A stretch of DNA of 43,111 bases from a virus. Lineage: Duplodnaviria; Caudoviricetes. Both the position numbers and the translations under genes were made by a program. The notes under the pieces are model-generated. The model ran no database searches and was not told the origin of the DNA. It was given only the letters and a program-made list of their open reading frames with translations. The stretch is taken from positions 1 to 43,111 of IMG/VR virus record IMGVR_UViG_3300012232_000007. One strand, given 5' to 3'. Of this stretch, positions 16,163-25,714 are shown piece by piece. The number at the start of each line of letters is the position of its first letter. The first letter of the stretch is position 1.

Positions 16163-17449
16163 TCACCACACCCCTCCGCGCCGCTTGCGCCCCTCGGACA
16201 ACTCGGTTATCGCCCACACTCTCGCGTCAACCTCATCATCATTTTCATTGCTGACCGGGAATGAAAACATCTGATCCTCGAGGGTCGGGAACTGCCCAAC
16301 GTGGTGCACGCGCCCCTGCTCATCGAGCGTGGCGATGGGCTCCGCGCGCACCGTCTTGCCCCGACTGGCGGTGATCTTCTTGACGGGCAAGTCACGCCGC
16401 AGTGAGTGCAACGTCGAGATGACCATATCGCCCCCATTATTGGCCTCTGCGATCACCTTGTCAGCGGCATACTCGTCGTACCAGTCGATCGCCTTGTTCG
16501 CCCAGCCGGACGGGCTCAGCCGCACGCCAGCCGAGCGCAGCACGTAGTAATCGCCATCCTCGCCCAAACCCGCCACACAGAGCCCGGTGTAGTCACTGGT
16601 AGCCTCTGCGGTAGCCGCCGGGTCGATGGCCACCACGATCCGAGACAGCGGTGGATGCTCGGTCACCCGGTTGGCCTCGATCCACGACGCTTGCCACAAC
16701 GCCCCCTCGACATCCTCGAGCAACTCCCCGCCGAGTTCCTGCCGCCCGAGCCGGGTGCCGCCGTAGTCCTCGTACAGCGCCGAGCGGACATCCGCATTCA
16801 GGTGTGGGTTATCGTCCGTAGTCGCGCGGCGCACCACGGTCCGCGGGTCGTTGATAAGCTGCTTGAGCAGCTTACGCGGCTTGGGAGTGGTCGAGGCCAC
16901 CACGCGAGGATGGGTACCGATCCGCAATCCATAGCGCATGTGTTGCCAGCACTCATCGAGATACCGCCACGCCGCCAGCTCCTCCGCCCACACCAGCGAG
17001 CGATTCCCACCGGCTCGCAACCGCTCGACATCCTCGGGGCTCGAGGCGCCGAATAACTTCGCCTCCGAGCCATTCGGCCAATACACATGGAGCCCGCCAG
17101 CCCCCCCGCGCAACATCACACGGGGGTTATGCGCCTTGAGTCCCGAGGGGCCATTGACGCACGCCTCCACAGCATCACCCAGCGTGGGGGCAATGATGGC
17201 AATCCGAGTACGCTCACGCCGAGCCTGCTGGTCGATATAGTGCGCGGCACCATCCGTCTTGCCGGAACCACGCCCACCGAGAAGCAAGAGGAGAAACCAG
17301 TCGGTCCCTTCGGGAGGGATCTGGTGCGGGAGCGGCTGCCAGACTTTGCCGGTGGCATGGGCGGCCTGCCGCATCCGGGTGATGACGACCGCCTCATGGG
17401 CGAGTTGCTCGGCTTCCTGGCGAGGGGCAAGCAGTGGTTTAGCGGACAC
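16163..17449 (-). CDS. terL: Terminase large subunit
   Basis: Walker A GGRGSGKT, Walker B VWAEE, STTP motif, nuclease AIDPA..EANNGG..DDEVDA. Confidence 0.96.
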   Translation of the reverse strand: MSAKPLLAPRQEAEQLAHEAVVITRMRQAAHATGKVWQPLPHQIPPEGTDWFLLLLLGGRGSGKTDGAAHYIDQQARRERTRIAIIAPTLGDAVEACVNGPSGLKAHNPRVMLRGGAGGLHVYWPNGSEAKLFGASSPEDVERLRAGGNRSLVWAEELAAWRYLDECWQHMRYGLRIGTHPRVVASTTPKPRKLLKQLINDPRTVVRRATTDDNPHLNADVRSALYEDYGGTRLGRQELGGELLEDVEGALWQASWIEANRVTEHPPLSRIVVAIDPAATAEATSDYTGLCVAGLGEDGDYYVLRSAGVRLSPSGWANKAIDWYDEYAADKVIAEANNGGDMVISTLHSLRRDLPVKKITASRGKTVRAEPIATLDEQGRVHHVGQFPTLEDQMFSFPVSNENDDEVDARVWAITELSEGRKRRGGVW

Positions 17450-17870
17450 CGATCCTCAGCAGTTCCTCGGCAGCCTGCACCGCTTCCTCGGGGTCTAGCC
17501 CTTCTTGCTCAGCCAGTTCGCGCACCCGGTGGGTGATGTCGATCTTCGACGGGGCATCGAGTCCGAGATACTTCGCCCGCCGATCCTGAATTGCGAGCAG
17601 CCGGTCGATCGCCAGCCACTTGCCGGCCAGGATCTGCGGCCAGATCGCCTCTTCGGCCGTGGCCAACCGAGCGAGCTCCTCCGCTACCCACTGATCCACG
17701 TGCGCGATCCGCTGCTGATGCCACTCGGCGCGTACCACTGCGACATCTCGGGCAATGGTTCCGAGGCTCACTCCCAATGATCGCGCCATCTTCCGCTCAC
17801 TGTTGCGCGCCAACAGCATCTCCGCAACTCGAGTGCGGCGTTCTTCGATGTCAGCGCGGAGCGGTTGCAT
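17439..17870 (-). CDS. terS: Terminase small subunit (HTH)
   Basis: Upstream of terL; HTH SERKMARSLGVSLGTIARD; RRAKYLGLDAP. Confidence 0.85.
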   Translation of the reverse strand: MQPLRADIEERRTRVAEMLLARNSERKMARSLGVSLGTIARDVAVVRAEWHQQRIAHVDQWVAEELARLATAEEAIWPQILAGKWLAIDRLLAIQDRRAKYLGLDAPSKIDITHRVRELAEQEGLDPEEAVQAAEELLRIGVR

Positions 17871-17915
17871 GTTCAGTCCTCATGTGTTCCAGTGTCTTGC
17901 CCATAGTCTACTCCG

Positions 17916-18302
17916 TCACCCGGCCCTCCGCACCGCGCTGCCCTCGGGACGGGGCACTCCCCGCAGCCGCTTGACTCCGGGCTGTTGCTGGTAGAGCTCG
18001 CCGGCATCAGCTCGGTGTTGGACAGCCCGGGACAACGCACAATGTTTGCACGTCTCTGCTCGCTTGCCCGTGCCGTTCAGTTTGTGGAAATCCTCGAGCG
18101 GGTAAGTGTCGTGGCACTCGGCGCACTGGCGCTTAGTCTCTGGCCCGGTCCGGCCCATTAAGCTCGTCGGCCTGGCGTGGGGCAAGCCGACCACCTTCTG
18201 GCGAAACGCGCGTGAGCACATGATGCAGACGTAGCCGTCACCATCAGGATCCGGCCACAGGTCGCCATTGCAGTTCGGGCACCCATGCAGGATGTAGCCC
18301 AT
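17916..18302 (-). CDS. Zinc-finger hypothetical protein
   Basis: CPNCNGDL..CIMC and CAEC..CKHC. Confidence 0.65.
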   Translation of the reverse strand: MGYILHGCPNCNGDLWPDPDGDGYVCIMCSRAFRQKVVGLPHARPTSLMGRTGPETKRQCAECHDTYPLEDFHKLNGTGKRAETCKHCALSRAVQHRADAGELYQQQPGVKRLRGVPRPEGSAVRRAG

Positions 18303-18303
18303 G

Positions 18304-18708
18304 TCAGCCCTCCCATCCTCGTAATTCGACCAGGTGATAGCCCCGCCGCGTGTTGGGCACGGCCCGCACGCCGTAGGGCACGATGCGTCGATTGAGCAGC
18401 CCGACCATGCTCTGAATGGCCGTAATCTCGGATACGCCAATCGACGGCCAGACGGGATCGGCCAGTTCGTCATAAGTGGCCACGCCGGGGTGCGCGAGCA
18501 AGAGCGCCACCAATAGTTCACGCTCCCGAGGACTCAAGGCGGTCAAGAGAGGCACCGGCACGATCTTGCCCTGCGCGGTGTAGCCCAATGGCCCGACCCA
18601 AATGGTTCCAGCGGTCAGGGCCTGCAGTTGCGCATCTGACACGGCTGCACAACGCGAGCAACAGACCGCCCGCTCTCTCTGCAACACCGGCGGGAACCGA
18701 TCACCCAC
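18304..18708 (-). CDS. Stand-alone OmpR/PhoB-type winged-helix regulator
   Basis: LSPRERELLVALL..GVATYDELADPVW..NTRRGYHL; no receiver domain. Confidence 0.75.
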   Translation of the reverse strand: MGDRFPPVLQRERAVCCSRCAAVSDAQLQALTAGTIWVGPLGYTAQGKIVPVPLLTALSPRERELLVALLLAHPGVATYDELADPVWPSIGVSEITAIQSMVGLLNRRIVPYGVRAVPNTRRGYHLVELRGWEG

Positions 18709-19174
18709 CCTGCACCCCCTTTCGTCTCGCGCTGACTTGCCCCGCTCCGTCCGGCGGGCGAATCGAGGTCCGGAGATTACGGTGATACTCGCCGTGCTGA
18801 GCGCGACACCGCTCCGAGCACCACTTGGCATCTGGTCGCCGGGGTCGGAACCGCTGCTTACACCACGGGCAGGACGGCTGATACCGGCGTGAGTGGGTCG
18901 CCTGGCGCACGGCTCGAGCGATGGTGGACCGTCCATAGCCCGGATACTTCGCCGCTAGTTGCGTATAGGACAGCCGCCCCGTCCAGTGGTCCGCCGCCAT
19001 GCACGCCAGGAGCTCCGAGGGGATGATGGTCCCCACCGCATACTGCCGCTCGCGTTCCGATCGACGGGCGTTGGTTGCCAGTTGCCGACAGGCCTCCTGG
19101 CAATAGCGACGGTCACTCCGGCCGCCCGTCGGGATGGGCTGCCCGCAATCGTGATACTGGCAGAGAGTGGACAT
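18701..19174 (-). CDS. Zinc-finger/HTH hypothetical protein
   Basis: C..C..RRYCQEACR; LSYTQLAAKY..RSTIAR; CPWC..WCSERCR. Confidence 0.65.
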   Translation of the reverse strand: MSTLCQYHDCGQPIPTGGRSDRRYCQEACRQLATNARRSERERQYAVGTIIPSELLACMAADHWTGRLSYTQLAAKYPGYGRSTIARAVRQATHSRRYQPSCPWCKQRFRPRRPDAKWCSERCRAQHGEYHRNLRTSIRPPDGAGQVSARRKGVQGG

Positions 19175-19182
19175 AACGCCGC

Positions 19183-19536
19183 CTACGCCCCGCCGTCCGC
19201 GCGCCTGGTGAGCGCCTCGCGGAGCGTGTCCACGGTGAGCTGTGCGCGGTCCATGACCTCCCGCATCACCTCGTCAATCGGTGCGGAGTAACGCCACTCC
19301 TCCAGATCCAGCGCCATTTGTGCCGCCGCCGTGAGCCGGGCATTCTCCGCGGCCAGGGCGTCGAGGTGGACAAGGAGTAGCCAGTCATATTCCACGTCGT
19401 CGCCCAAGAGCACATCGAGCACACGGCCTTGCTCATCGGTCAAGGGCTCACCGCACACCAGAGCGCGCACCGCCTCCAGTTCAGCCGCCGTGAGCCGCGC
19501 GTCACGCGGCGCCTCGGGGGCTCGCTCGTCGGTCAT
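19183..19536 (-). CDS. Hypothetical protein
   Basis: Coupled ORF with GGGGAG RBS. Confidence 0.6.
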   Translation of the reverse strand: MTDERAPEAPRDARLTAAELEAVRALVCGEPLTDEQGRVLDVLLGDDVEYDWLLLVHLDALAAENARLTAAAQMALDLEEWRYSAPIDEVMREVMDRAQLTVDTLREALTRRADGGA

Positions 19537-19868
19537 CGTGTTCTCCCCGCCACAATCTCATCTGCAATCTCTGCCACGTTCGATGGCCGTGCCAACCGAT
19601 AGCGCACTTCCCGACAACGCTCTACCATGTCCCTCCAGACTTCCTGCTCGGGTTCCAACTGCTCCATCTCCTTTTTGCATTCGATGATCCAGAGCACCGG
19701 ATAGGCAGCGATGGCGAGATCCGGCCACCCGCGCTTCGACTTACGGCTGTCCGTCTCGTGGTGCCAGGACACACAGAGCGCGTCGGCAGTGTCCGTCAAC
19801 GTCCTCTGTACCGCGCTTTCGAGTTGCGCTCGCCAGAGAAGCTCCTGGCTCGTTAGACGCCGCCCCAT
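19533..19868 (-). CDS. VRR-NUC domain nuclease
   Basis: LES..GWPDL..IECK..EQEVW. Confidence 0.85.
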   Translation of the reverse strand: MGRRLTSQELLWRAQLESAVQRTLTDTADALCVSWHHETDSRKSKRGWPDLAIAAYPVLWIIECKKEMEQLEPEQEVWRDMVERCREVRYRLARPSNVAEIADEIVAGRTR

Positions 19869-19915
19869 CGCCGCTCAGCCCTCGCCGCGCCGCGTCACCC
19901 GCGGTCCTCGGGCGC

Positions 19916-20539
19916 TCATCGCCGGTCCTCGGGAGCCAGGTACGGCAGGCTGATCGCGTCGAAAAACGATTCCTCGGTCGGCGTGTCGATGACGCGACCA
20001 TCCCCGCCGAATAGTTGCCCATCCTTGACTCGGTAGCCGGGCGGCAACATGCCGTGCAGCAATTCGCTCCGATCACTCGGCCCTTGAATGCGAAACGGCT
20101 GCGTCCTCGACATCACCAGCCGATGGGACCACTCTGACGGGCCGGTTCGGATAGCCATGATGACCCCGAATTGCGCGGGGGCGACGACCGAGAAAAGATC
20201 CAATCCGAATCCGAAGTAACTCAGCCGCTTGTACCGCTCACCCACAGCCCGTCGACCGTTCTTGTCGAGCCGGGTGCCCAGCTCGTCATTGACCAACATC
20301 GCCTCGATATGGTCATCCAGTCGGTTGACCGTGAACACGTCGTCCCCGAACAACGTGCCGCCGGTCTCTTGCTCGATCTTGGGAATGCACACGATTTCGA
20401 TATCACCACAGGTCGGCGCCTTCCGTCGTACCGATCCCGCGATACAGATTTCCTCGCAGTACGGCGTCAGCAATCCCACCACCGCCTGTGCGAGCACCGT
20501 TGCCTCCGCCAACCCCATCCGTTCCGTTGCTGTGCCCAT
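19916..20539 (-). CDS. polX: Minimal family X DNA polymerase (palm/thumb only)
   Basis: IAGSVRR..GDIEIV..LDLF..RTGP..TPTEESFF..LPYLAPEDR. Confidence 0.88.
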   Translation of the reverse strand: MGTATERMGLAEATVLAQAVVGLLTPYCEEICIAGSVRRKAPTCGDIEIVCIPKIEQETGGTLFGDDVFTVNRLDDHIEAMLVNDELGTRLDKNGRRAVGERYKRLSYFGFGLDLFSVVAPAQFGVIMAIRTGPSEWSHRLVMSRTQPFRIQGPSDRSELLHGMLPPGYRVKDGQLFGGDGRVIDTPTEESFFDAISLPYLAPEDRR

Positions 20540-20570
20540 CCCACACCCCTCCCGTCCGCGCCCGCCGCAC

Positions 20571-20843
20571 TCAGCGGTATTCACCCAGCCGAATGGCCCT
20601 GGCCATTTCTCGCAATGCCCATCGGGTCTCACTGTCCACCTCGTAACGGAACGCCTCACCCTCTAACCAGTAGGCGATCTGCTGTACCTGCTCGGTCAGA
20701 GTGCTGACCCCGTTCGGCGTGGCAGGAATGGCATCCTCGATGTCGTCCAGCGTGCTCTCCAGATCGCTGAGCGCACGGCGCACGCTGTCAATCTCGTACT
20801 GCAGGTCCTCCACGCTCTTGGGCTTCTTCGCGGTCATCGCCAT
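20571..20843 (-). CDS. Hypothetical coiled-coil protein
   Basis: GGAGGAG RBS; 90 aa. Confidence 0.6.
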   Translation of the reverse strand: MAMTAKKPKSVEDLQYEIDSVRRALSDLESTLDDIEDAIPATPNGVSTLTEQVQQIAYWLEGEAFRYEVDSETRWALREMARAIRLGEYR

Positions 20844-20910
20844 GTCAGTTCTCCTCCCCCTCCCGTCTGCCCGGCGCTCCCATCCGCGCTCCCTGGCTGC
20901 TCGTGCATCG

Positions 20911-21987
20911 TTAGGACACCTCCAGACCGGATAGGCTGAACAGGTCATCGACTGGTGGCGCCGTCACTTCCGACTGGATCTTGGCGACGTTGGCTTGGCT
21001 CTGCTGGTAGTAGCTTTCCTTGAGCTCGAATCCCACCGCATCGCGCCCCTGCTCGATGGCCACGTAGGCGCTCGAGCCGATGCCCATAAACGGGTCCATC
21101 ACCACCTCGCCCGGATTGCTGTAGAGCTTGATGTTGCGGCGGATCACCTCGAGCTGCAGGGGACACACGTGGCGCTCGTCATCCTCTTCCCGCGCTGAGC
21201 GCCAGCCGTCCAGGGTGTCGATCTCGAGGATGTCAGTCCAGCACCCGTGCGCCCAACTGATCCACTCATCAGTGCTTACCCAGCCATCAGGGTTGAGTTC
21301 CGGGTGGTAGAGACATTGCACACCTTTGGGATGCTCGCCGGGCTTCTTGAACCACAGGATGTAGTCATTCGGGCAACTAGCCAGCCGTCGCCCGTCGCGG
21401 CGGCCTGTCACGAACATCAGGCTGTGCAGCTTCTGCGTTTGGGCGATGCGCTGGGGATTCTTGTTAATCGCCACCTCGCCCACCCAGTCGAACCCGCCGG
21501 CCATGAGGATGTCGATCACCGCCCCGCGGAAATCGCGGCGCCCCATAAATCCGTGCTGCACCTTGTAGGTCAAAAGCTGCTGGATGTGGATCGCCACGAT
21601 GGTCCCCGGCTTCATCACGCGAAACACCTGCTCGGTCCAGAAGCGCATGTGCAGCCCGAAGGTCGACCCCACAAAGTCGAGCCCCGCATCTGGCGAGTTA
21701 CCGACGTCGGCCGTCTTGCCGGAGTACATGAACAGCGAGGCGAACGGGATGCTGGTTACCAGGAGGTCGACCGACTCCGCCGGTAGCTTCGCCATGCCGG
21801 GAATGCAATCCTCGTTGAACAATTCCACCAGCGATTGATGATCCGGTCGCGGGAAGCCCTTCGAGTCACGCTGGCGGCAGAGGTCGCTACAGTAGCGTTC
21901 ACCCACGGCGACAGGGGCCCGGCAGAACCGACAGCCGTCTCGCGCGTTGGGCTCGACAGATTCCATCAGGTCCATGAGATCGGTCAC
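20911..21987 (-). CDS. DNA amino-methyltransferase (N6/N4, beta class) with N-terminal Zn ribbon
   Basis: Catalytic motif TSIPF before SAM-binding DPFMGIGS; HVCPLQL; GFELKESY. Confidence 0.9.
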   Translation of the reverse strand: MTDLMDLMESVEPNARDGCRFCRAPVAVGERYCSDLCRQRDSKGFPRPDHQSLVELFNEDCIPGMAKLPAESVDLLVTSIPFASLFMYSGKTADVGNSPDAGLDFVGSTFGLHMRFWTEQVFRVMKPGTIVAIHIQQLLTYKVQHGFMGRRDFRGAVIDILMAGGFDWVGEVAINKNPQRIAQTQKLHSLMFVTGRRDGRRLASCPNDYILWFKKPGEHPKGVQCLYHPELNPDGWVSTDEWISWAHGCWTDILEIDTLDGWRSAREEDDERHVCPLQLEVIRRNIKLYSNPGEVVMDPFMGIGSSAYVAIEQGRDAVGFELKESYYQQSQANVAKIQSEVTAPPVDDLFSLSGLEVS

Positions 21988-23588
21988 AATTCCCCCTGCA
22001 GTGCTTGGCAGTACATCGCCTCGCAGATTTCGACATCGCGGTTAAAGGCTTCTTCCTTGCGTTTCACGTTGGTCCAGACCATGCCCTCGAGTTCTGGCAC
22101 GTAGGGGATGTGCACGCGCACCGTCTCGGTCTGCCCAAAGCGGTACGCCCTTCTCACGGCCTGGTACATGCGCTCAAAGCTGTCATCGAAGCCCGAGAAC
22201 ACCATCGAGCGGCAGTGCTGGAGATTCATCCCGAACCCGATCAGCGAGGCTTTCGATACCAGGACCTGCAAGGCGCCGGTGCGGAATCGCTCCAACACGT
22301 CGAGCCGGGCCGCATCGCTCATGGAGCCCGAGAGCGCGCCCACGGTGAGCCCGGAGCCATCGAGTTCCTGGGTCAGGATCTCCGTCTCTTCGTCAAACAC
22401 GGTCCACACCAGGACCTGCCGCCCCTCCCCCGCATCAGTCCGCACCAGATCGGCCACCGCGGCGGGCTTGGCAGAGGGAATGCGCGCCACCTTGCGACTC
22501 TTTCCCGCGGGACCGTCGTACAGAAACCCCTTGGCCAGTTGGGAAAGCTTCGTCCGCTCGGTCACACCCATGCGGTCATCGCTGAACAAGCCGCCACCTT
22601 TCGCCGCGACAAACGTGTACATCAGCTCGCGCTGCACGTCGGTGATGGGTAGTCGGTACTCCCGAATGTCCGGCGGCGGCAGCGTCGAGAGAATGTCACC
22701 CCAGCCGAAGTGCGACGGGTCGCGCAGATAGATCGACCAGTCGGCCATGAAGCGGTAGAACGCCGCCCGCGCATGGGGCTTGACCTGATAGTTCCCCTGC
22801 TTATCCCGCGTGAAGTAGGTCCACAGGATCTCTCCCTCGGTGCGTAGTTTCTCGAGGAAACTGGCTTGCGATGCGTACTCCATCGCCTCGTTCGGGGCTG
22901 GCGTGGCCGTAGCAGAGAGCTTGTATTCAATGCCACGCGCCGATTTGATGATGTTCCACTTGATGACTCCCCCACCGGATTTCAGCGTCGAGGATTCATC
23001 GAAGGCGAGCCCTGCACAGTGGCGGAGTTCGTCCAACGTGCCAGGAATGAACTTCTGCGCATTCGTGATGGCGATGCCAGGACCTGCAGCCGTACACCAC
23101 GCGGTCAAGGCTTCCCGTGTCTCCAATCGTTCGATGGCCAGCTCATCGCCGTAGAACCGGCGCGCCTCCTCCAGGAGCTGTGGGATCACAGCCAGCGGCT
23201 CGAGGATCAGCACGCGCCCGACGGTCAGATGCCGCACCTGTCGACACCATTCGAGCAGCATTGGCCCCTTGCCTAAGCCGGTGTCGGCCCATAGCGCGAA
23301 TCGCTTGTGATCCAGCGCGCGACTCACAATCCATCGCTGGTAGTCAAACAGGTAGTCGGCCAGCGGCAACCGCTCCGGAATCACGACTGCATCGGCCAGC
23401 CCGAGCAGTCCAGCGAAGCGCGCCGGCGCGGTGACGGTGTAGGCGTCCGTCTCCCAGTCGTAAGAGGTCTGCGACTCCGGTAGCGTCTTGGCCTTGAGGA
23501 AAAGCTGGTAGGCGTCGAGGTCGAAGGCACGGAATGCCAACGCGCACCGATCCCCGCGGATCTGAATGGGGTTAGACTCAACTTGCAT
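21984..23588 (-). CDS. SNF2-like (SF2) helicase
   Basis: ADTGLGKG, FDESS, TATPAPN, GFGMNLQ, QAVRRAYRFGQ. Confidence 0.9.
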   Translation of the reverse strand: MQVESNPIQIRGDRCALAFRAFDLDAYQLFLKAKTLPESQTSYDWETDAYTVTAPARFAGLLGLADAVVIPERLPLADYLFDYQRWIVSRALDHKRFALWADTGLGKGPMLLEWCRQVRHLTVGRVLILEPLAVIPQLLEEARRFYGDELAIERLETREALTAWCTAAGPGIAITNAQKFIPGTLDELRHCAGLAFDESSTLKSGGGVIKWNIIKSARGIEYKLSATATPAPNEAMEYASQASFLEKLRTEGEILWTYFTRDKQGNYQVKPHARAAFYRFMADWSIYLRDPSHFGWGDILSTLPPPDIREYRLPITDVQRELMYTFVAAKGGGLFSDDRMGVTERTKLSQLAKGFLYDGPAGKSRKVARIPSAKPAAVADLVRTDAGEGRQVLVWTVFDEETEILTQELDGSGLTVGALSGSMSDAARLDVLERFRTGALQVLVSKASLIGFGMNLQHCRSMVFSGFDDSFERMYQAVRRAYRFGQTETVRVHIPYVPELEGMVWTNVKRKEEAFNRDVEICEAMYCQALQGEL

Positions 23589-23715
23589 CTCGACTCCTTG
23601 TGTCGTGGTGCCACGGTCGGGGAGGTTGCCGCCTCGCCCGGCCTGGTTATTCGCTGTCACTCGCCGCGCTCCCCCAGCGCCGCCAGCGCCGCGTCCATGC
23701 TGAGCTGTGCGCTGC

Positions 23716-23895
23716 TCAATTTCGACGCTCCCGCAGCATGTGCCATCGTGCATGACTCGCTGCCCACTGGGTGTGTGCTTCCATCCAGTGCGCCATCCAG
23801 CAGCCATCCCGGCCGGGCTCGCGTAGCAGGCGCTGGAGCTCCTCCAGCCAGTAGGTCACGTCGGCTTTGGCTTCCCGAATCGGTGTGTAGGTCAT
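23716..23895 (-). CDS. Hypothetical protein
   Basis: ATGA-coupled to the DnaC-like gene; MTYTPIREAK... Confidence 0.5.
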   Translation of the reverse strand: MTYTPIREAKADVTYWLEELQRLLREPGRDGCWMAHWMEAHTQWAASHARWHMLRERRN

Positions 23896-24947
23896 TTGCG
23901 GTCTCGCAGATTCGGGCCGTCGATCTTCAGCACCTCGCACATCTCGACAATCCGCCAGGTCGTGCGCTCGCCGATGTGCCCGGCCAATTCCTCGAGGCTC
24001 AGGTTGCTGGTGAACACGGTTTCGAGGTCTTCGTCGTGCCGGTGGTTGATGATGGTGAACAGCTTTTCCGCTACCCAGTCGGTGACCCGCTCGGCGCCGA
24101 GGTCGTCCAGCACCAGGAGCGGCACCGTCTTTACCTGCTCGATCAACTCGCGCTCGGTAGCGACTGCGTGCGGCCCGTAGGTCTCGCGGATGCGGTCCAG
24201 CAGGTTCGGTACCGTGAGGAATAGGGCAGCCTCGGTGCGGATCTCTACGTACTCATGGAGCAGTGACACCGCAAGCCCGGTCTTTCCTGTCCCAAAGGAG
24301 CCGTAGAGGAAGATCGATGGCTTCCGTCTGTCGAGCCACTCGCTAAACTCGCCCGCATCTTCAGGGCCGCATACCCAACGGTGCAGGTCGGCCACCACTT
24401 GCGCAGTCGATTCGCTTACGGGATAGGTCGCAAACGTGGCTCTGATGAATCGACTCGGCACCTGTGCACCGACAAAAAGACGGGCGAGTTCCCGCTCATT
24501 CCGTTCCCGCGCGAGCCGTGCGCCCTCCTGATGGGCTCGCTCCTTCGCCGCCAGTCCATCGGGGCATCCGCAGTATTCCTCGAATGAGTGAACCTCGGGG
24601 GAAAGGTAGCGACGACTGCGCCCACCTTCACCCAGGCACCAGCACCCTTCGGGGCGTTCAGCCTGGAGCGTGTCCCGGTAGAGTCCGTCACTCAGTTGCG
24701 TCTGCGCCCACTTGACCGCTTCGCGCGCCCGTCGCTCGTCATCCATGACCATGACCTGCGCAGCCGGCTTTGCTTGGATCACCTTCAGTTCCGTAATGCG
24801 GGCTGCTACCGTGGCCTCGAGCTCAGACGTACTTGGCAAAGGGACTAGGTACTCCCGCGGTAGCCGCCTCGGTTGATCGCTGGGTGTAAGTCCCAGTCCC
24901 TGAATGGCGTCCGAAAGGTTGACCAGCGGTGCCGTGTCCGGTTCCAT
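23892..24947 (-). CDS. DnaC/IstB-like helicase loader ATPase
   Basis: GSFGTGKT, LVLDDLGAE, IINHRH, TSNL, RIVEMC..GPNLR. Confidence 0.92.
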   Translation of the reverse strand: MEPDTAPLVNLSDAIQGLGLTPSDQPRRLPREYLVPLPSTSELEATVAARITELKVIQAKPAAQVMVMDDERRAREAVKWAQTQLSDGLYRDTLQAERPEGCWCLGEGGRSRRYLSPEVHSFEEYCGCPDGLAAKERAHQEGARLARERNERELARLFVGAQVPSRFIRATFATYPVSESTAQVVADLHRWVCGPEDAGEFSEWLDRRKPSIFLYGSFGTGKTGLAVSLLHEYVEIRTEAALFLTVPNLLDRIRETYGPHAVATERELIEQVKTVPLLVLDDLGAERVTDWVAEKLFTIINHRHDEDLETVFTSNLSLEELAGHIGERTTWRIVEMCEVLKIDGPNLRDRK

Positions 24948-25668
24948 TCCTTCGCTCCTCACATCGCTCAACATCGCGGTTCAGCCAGCGCACCAGATAC
25001 AGGCGTTTGTCTTTCGCCTTATCCATCGCGGTGTGATTCAGCGCCGCAGCTACAGCATCCCGCGCCTTGTGCTCGCCGCCGAGTCGCGGCGCGTATTCCA
25101 CAATCAGTTCCTCGACGTACTCGTCCGTGATCTTGAGCAAAGAGCGAGCGGATTTGATCGGCGTGGGCGCTGTCGCGTCAGCGACCGTACTCTCGGTAAG
25201 GTTCTGTTTGGTTTGGTTAGGTACGGTACGGTTAGGTACGGTTACCGCGTTCGTACTCTGGTCGAAACGCGTTTCACCATCACTCTTAAAGGAAGGCGGC
25301 GGCGTTTCGTCGCGGTGCTCTGCTCGCCAGCGCCGCAGTCGCTCGGCATCTGTACGCCGTTTCTCGAGGAGTCGGCCCGCGTAGTCCTGCCAATCGTGGA
25401 GCTGCCCGTCATCGTCGACAAAGCGGGCCCGCTTGAGTGCAGAGACGAACGCCTCGCCATCGCCGTCATAGCCCGCTGCCTCGGCTACTTCCTCGGGGTC
25501 AAACCCGCTGAGGTCGCCCTCCTGGGCGTACTCGAGCGACCACCACCACAAGAGATGCAGATGGCCAATAGCGCAAGGGACGGAGATGTCCAGGGTCTTA
25601 GCAAGTCGGATCGTCTTGGGATGACGGGCAAGGCTGGTGTGGGATTCGATCCACGGCATCAGCGCCAC
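24823..25668 (-). CDS. Phage replication initiator (replisome organizer)
   Basis: WIE..LARHPK..IGHLHLLWWW..LHDWQDY; upstream of loader; internal repeats. Confidence 0.8.
   Translation of the reverse strand: MALMPWIESHTSLARHPKTIRLAKTLDISVPCAIGHLHLLWWWSLEYAQEGDLSGFDPEEVAEAAGYDGDGEAFVSALKRARFVDDDGQLHDWQDYAGRLLEKRRTDAERLRRWRAEHRDETPPPSFKSDGETRFDQSTNAVTVPNRTVPNQTKQNLTESTVADATAPTPIKSARSLLKITDEYVEELIVEYAPRLGGEHKARDAVAAALNHTAMDKAKDKRLYLVRWLNRDVERCEERRNGTGHGTAGQPFGRHSGTGTYTQRSTEAATAGVPSPFAKYV
25195..25245. repeat. Putative replication-origin iterons inside initiator gene
   Basis: 5-bp periodic GGTTA/GGTAC/GGTTT; GGTTAGGTACGGT twice. Confidence 0.55.
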
Positions 25669-25714
25669 CCTCGGGGAGAGGATGCGCAGGGGGGTAGATT
25701 GCTACAATGTGCTA

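Noticed and set aside
19325-19520. GCCGCCGTGAGCCG repeat (RLTAA twice) as another cassette boundary
   Set aside because: Short, GC-rich and internal to one ORF; could be chance
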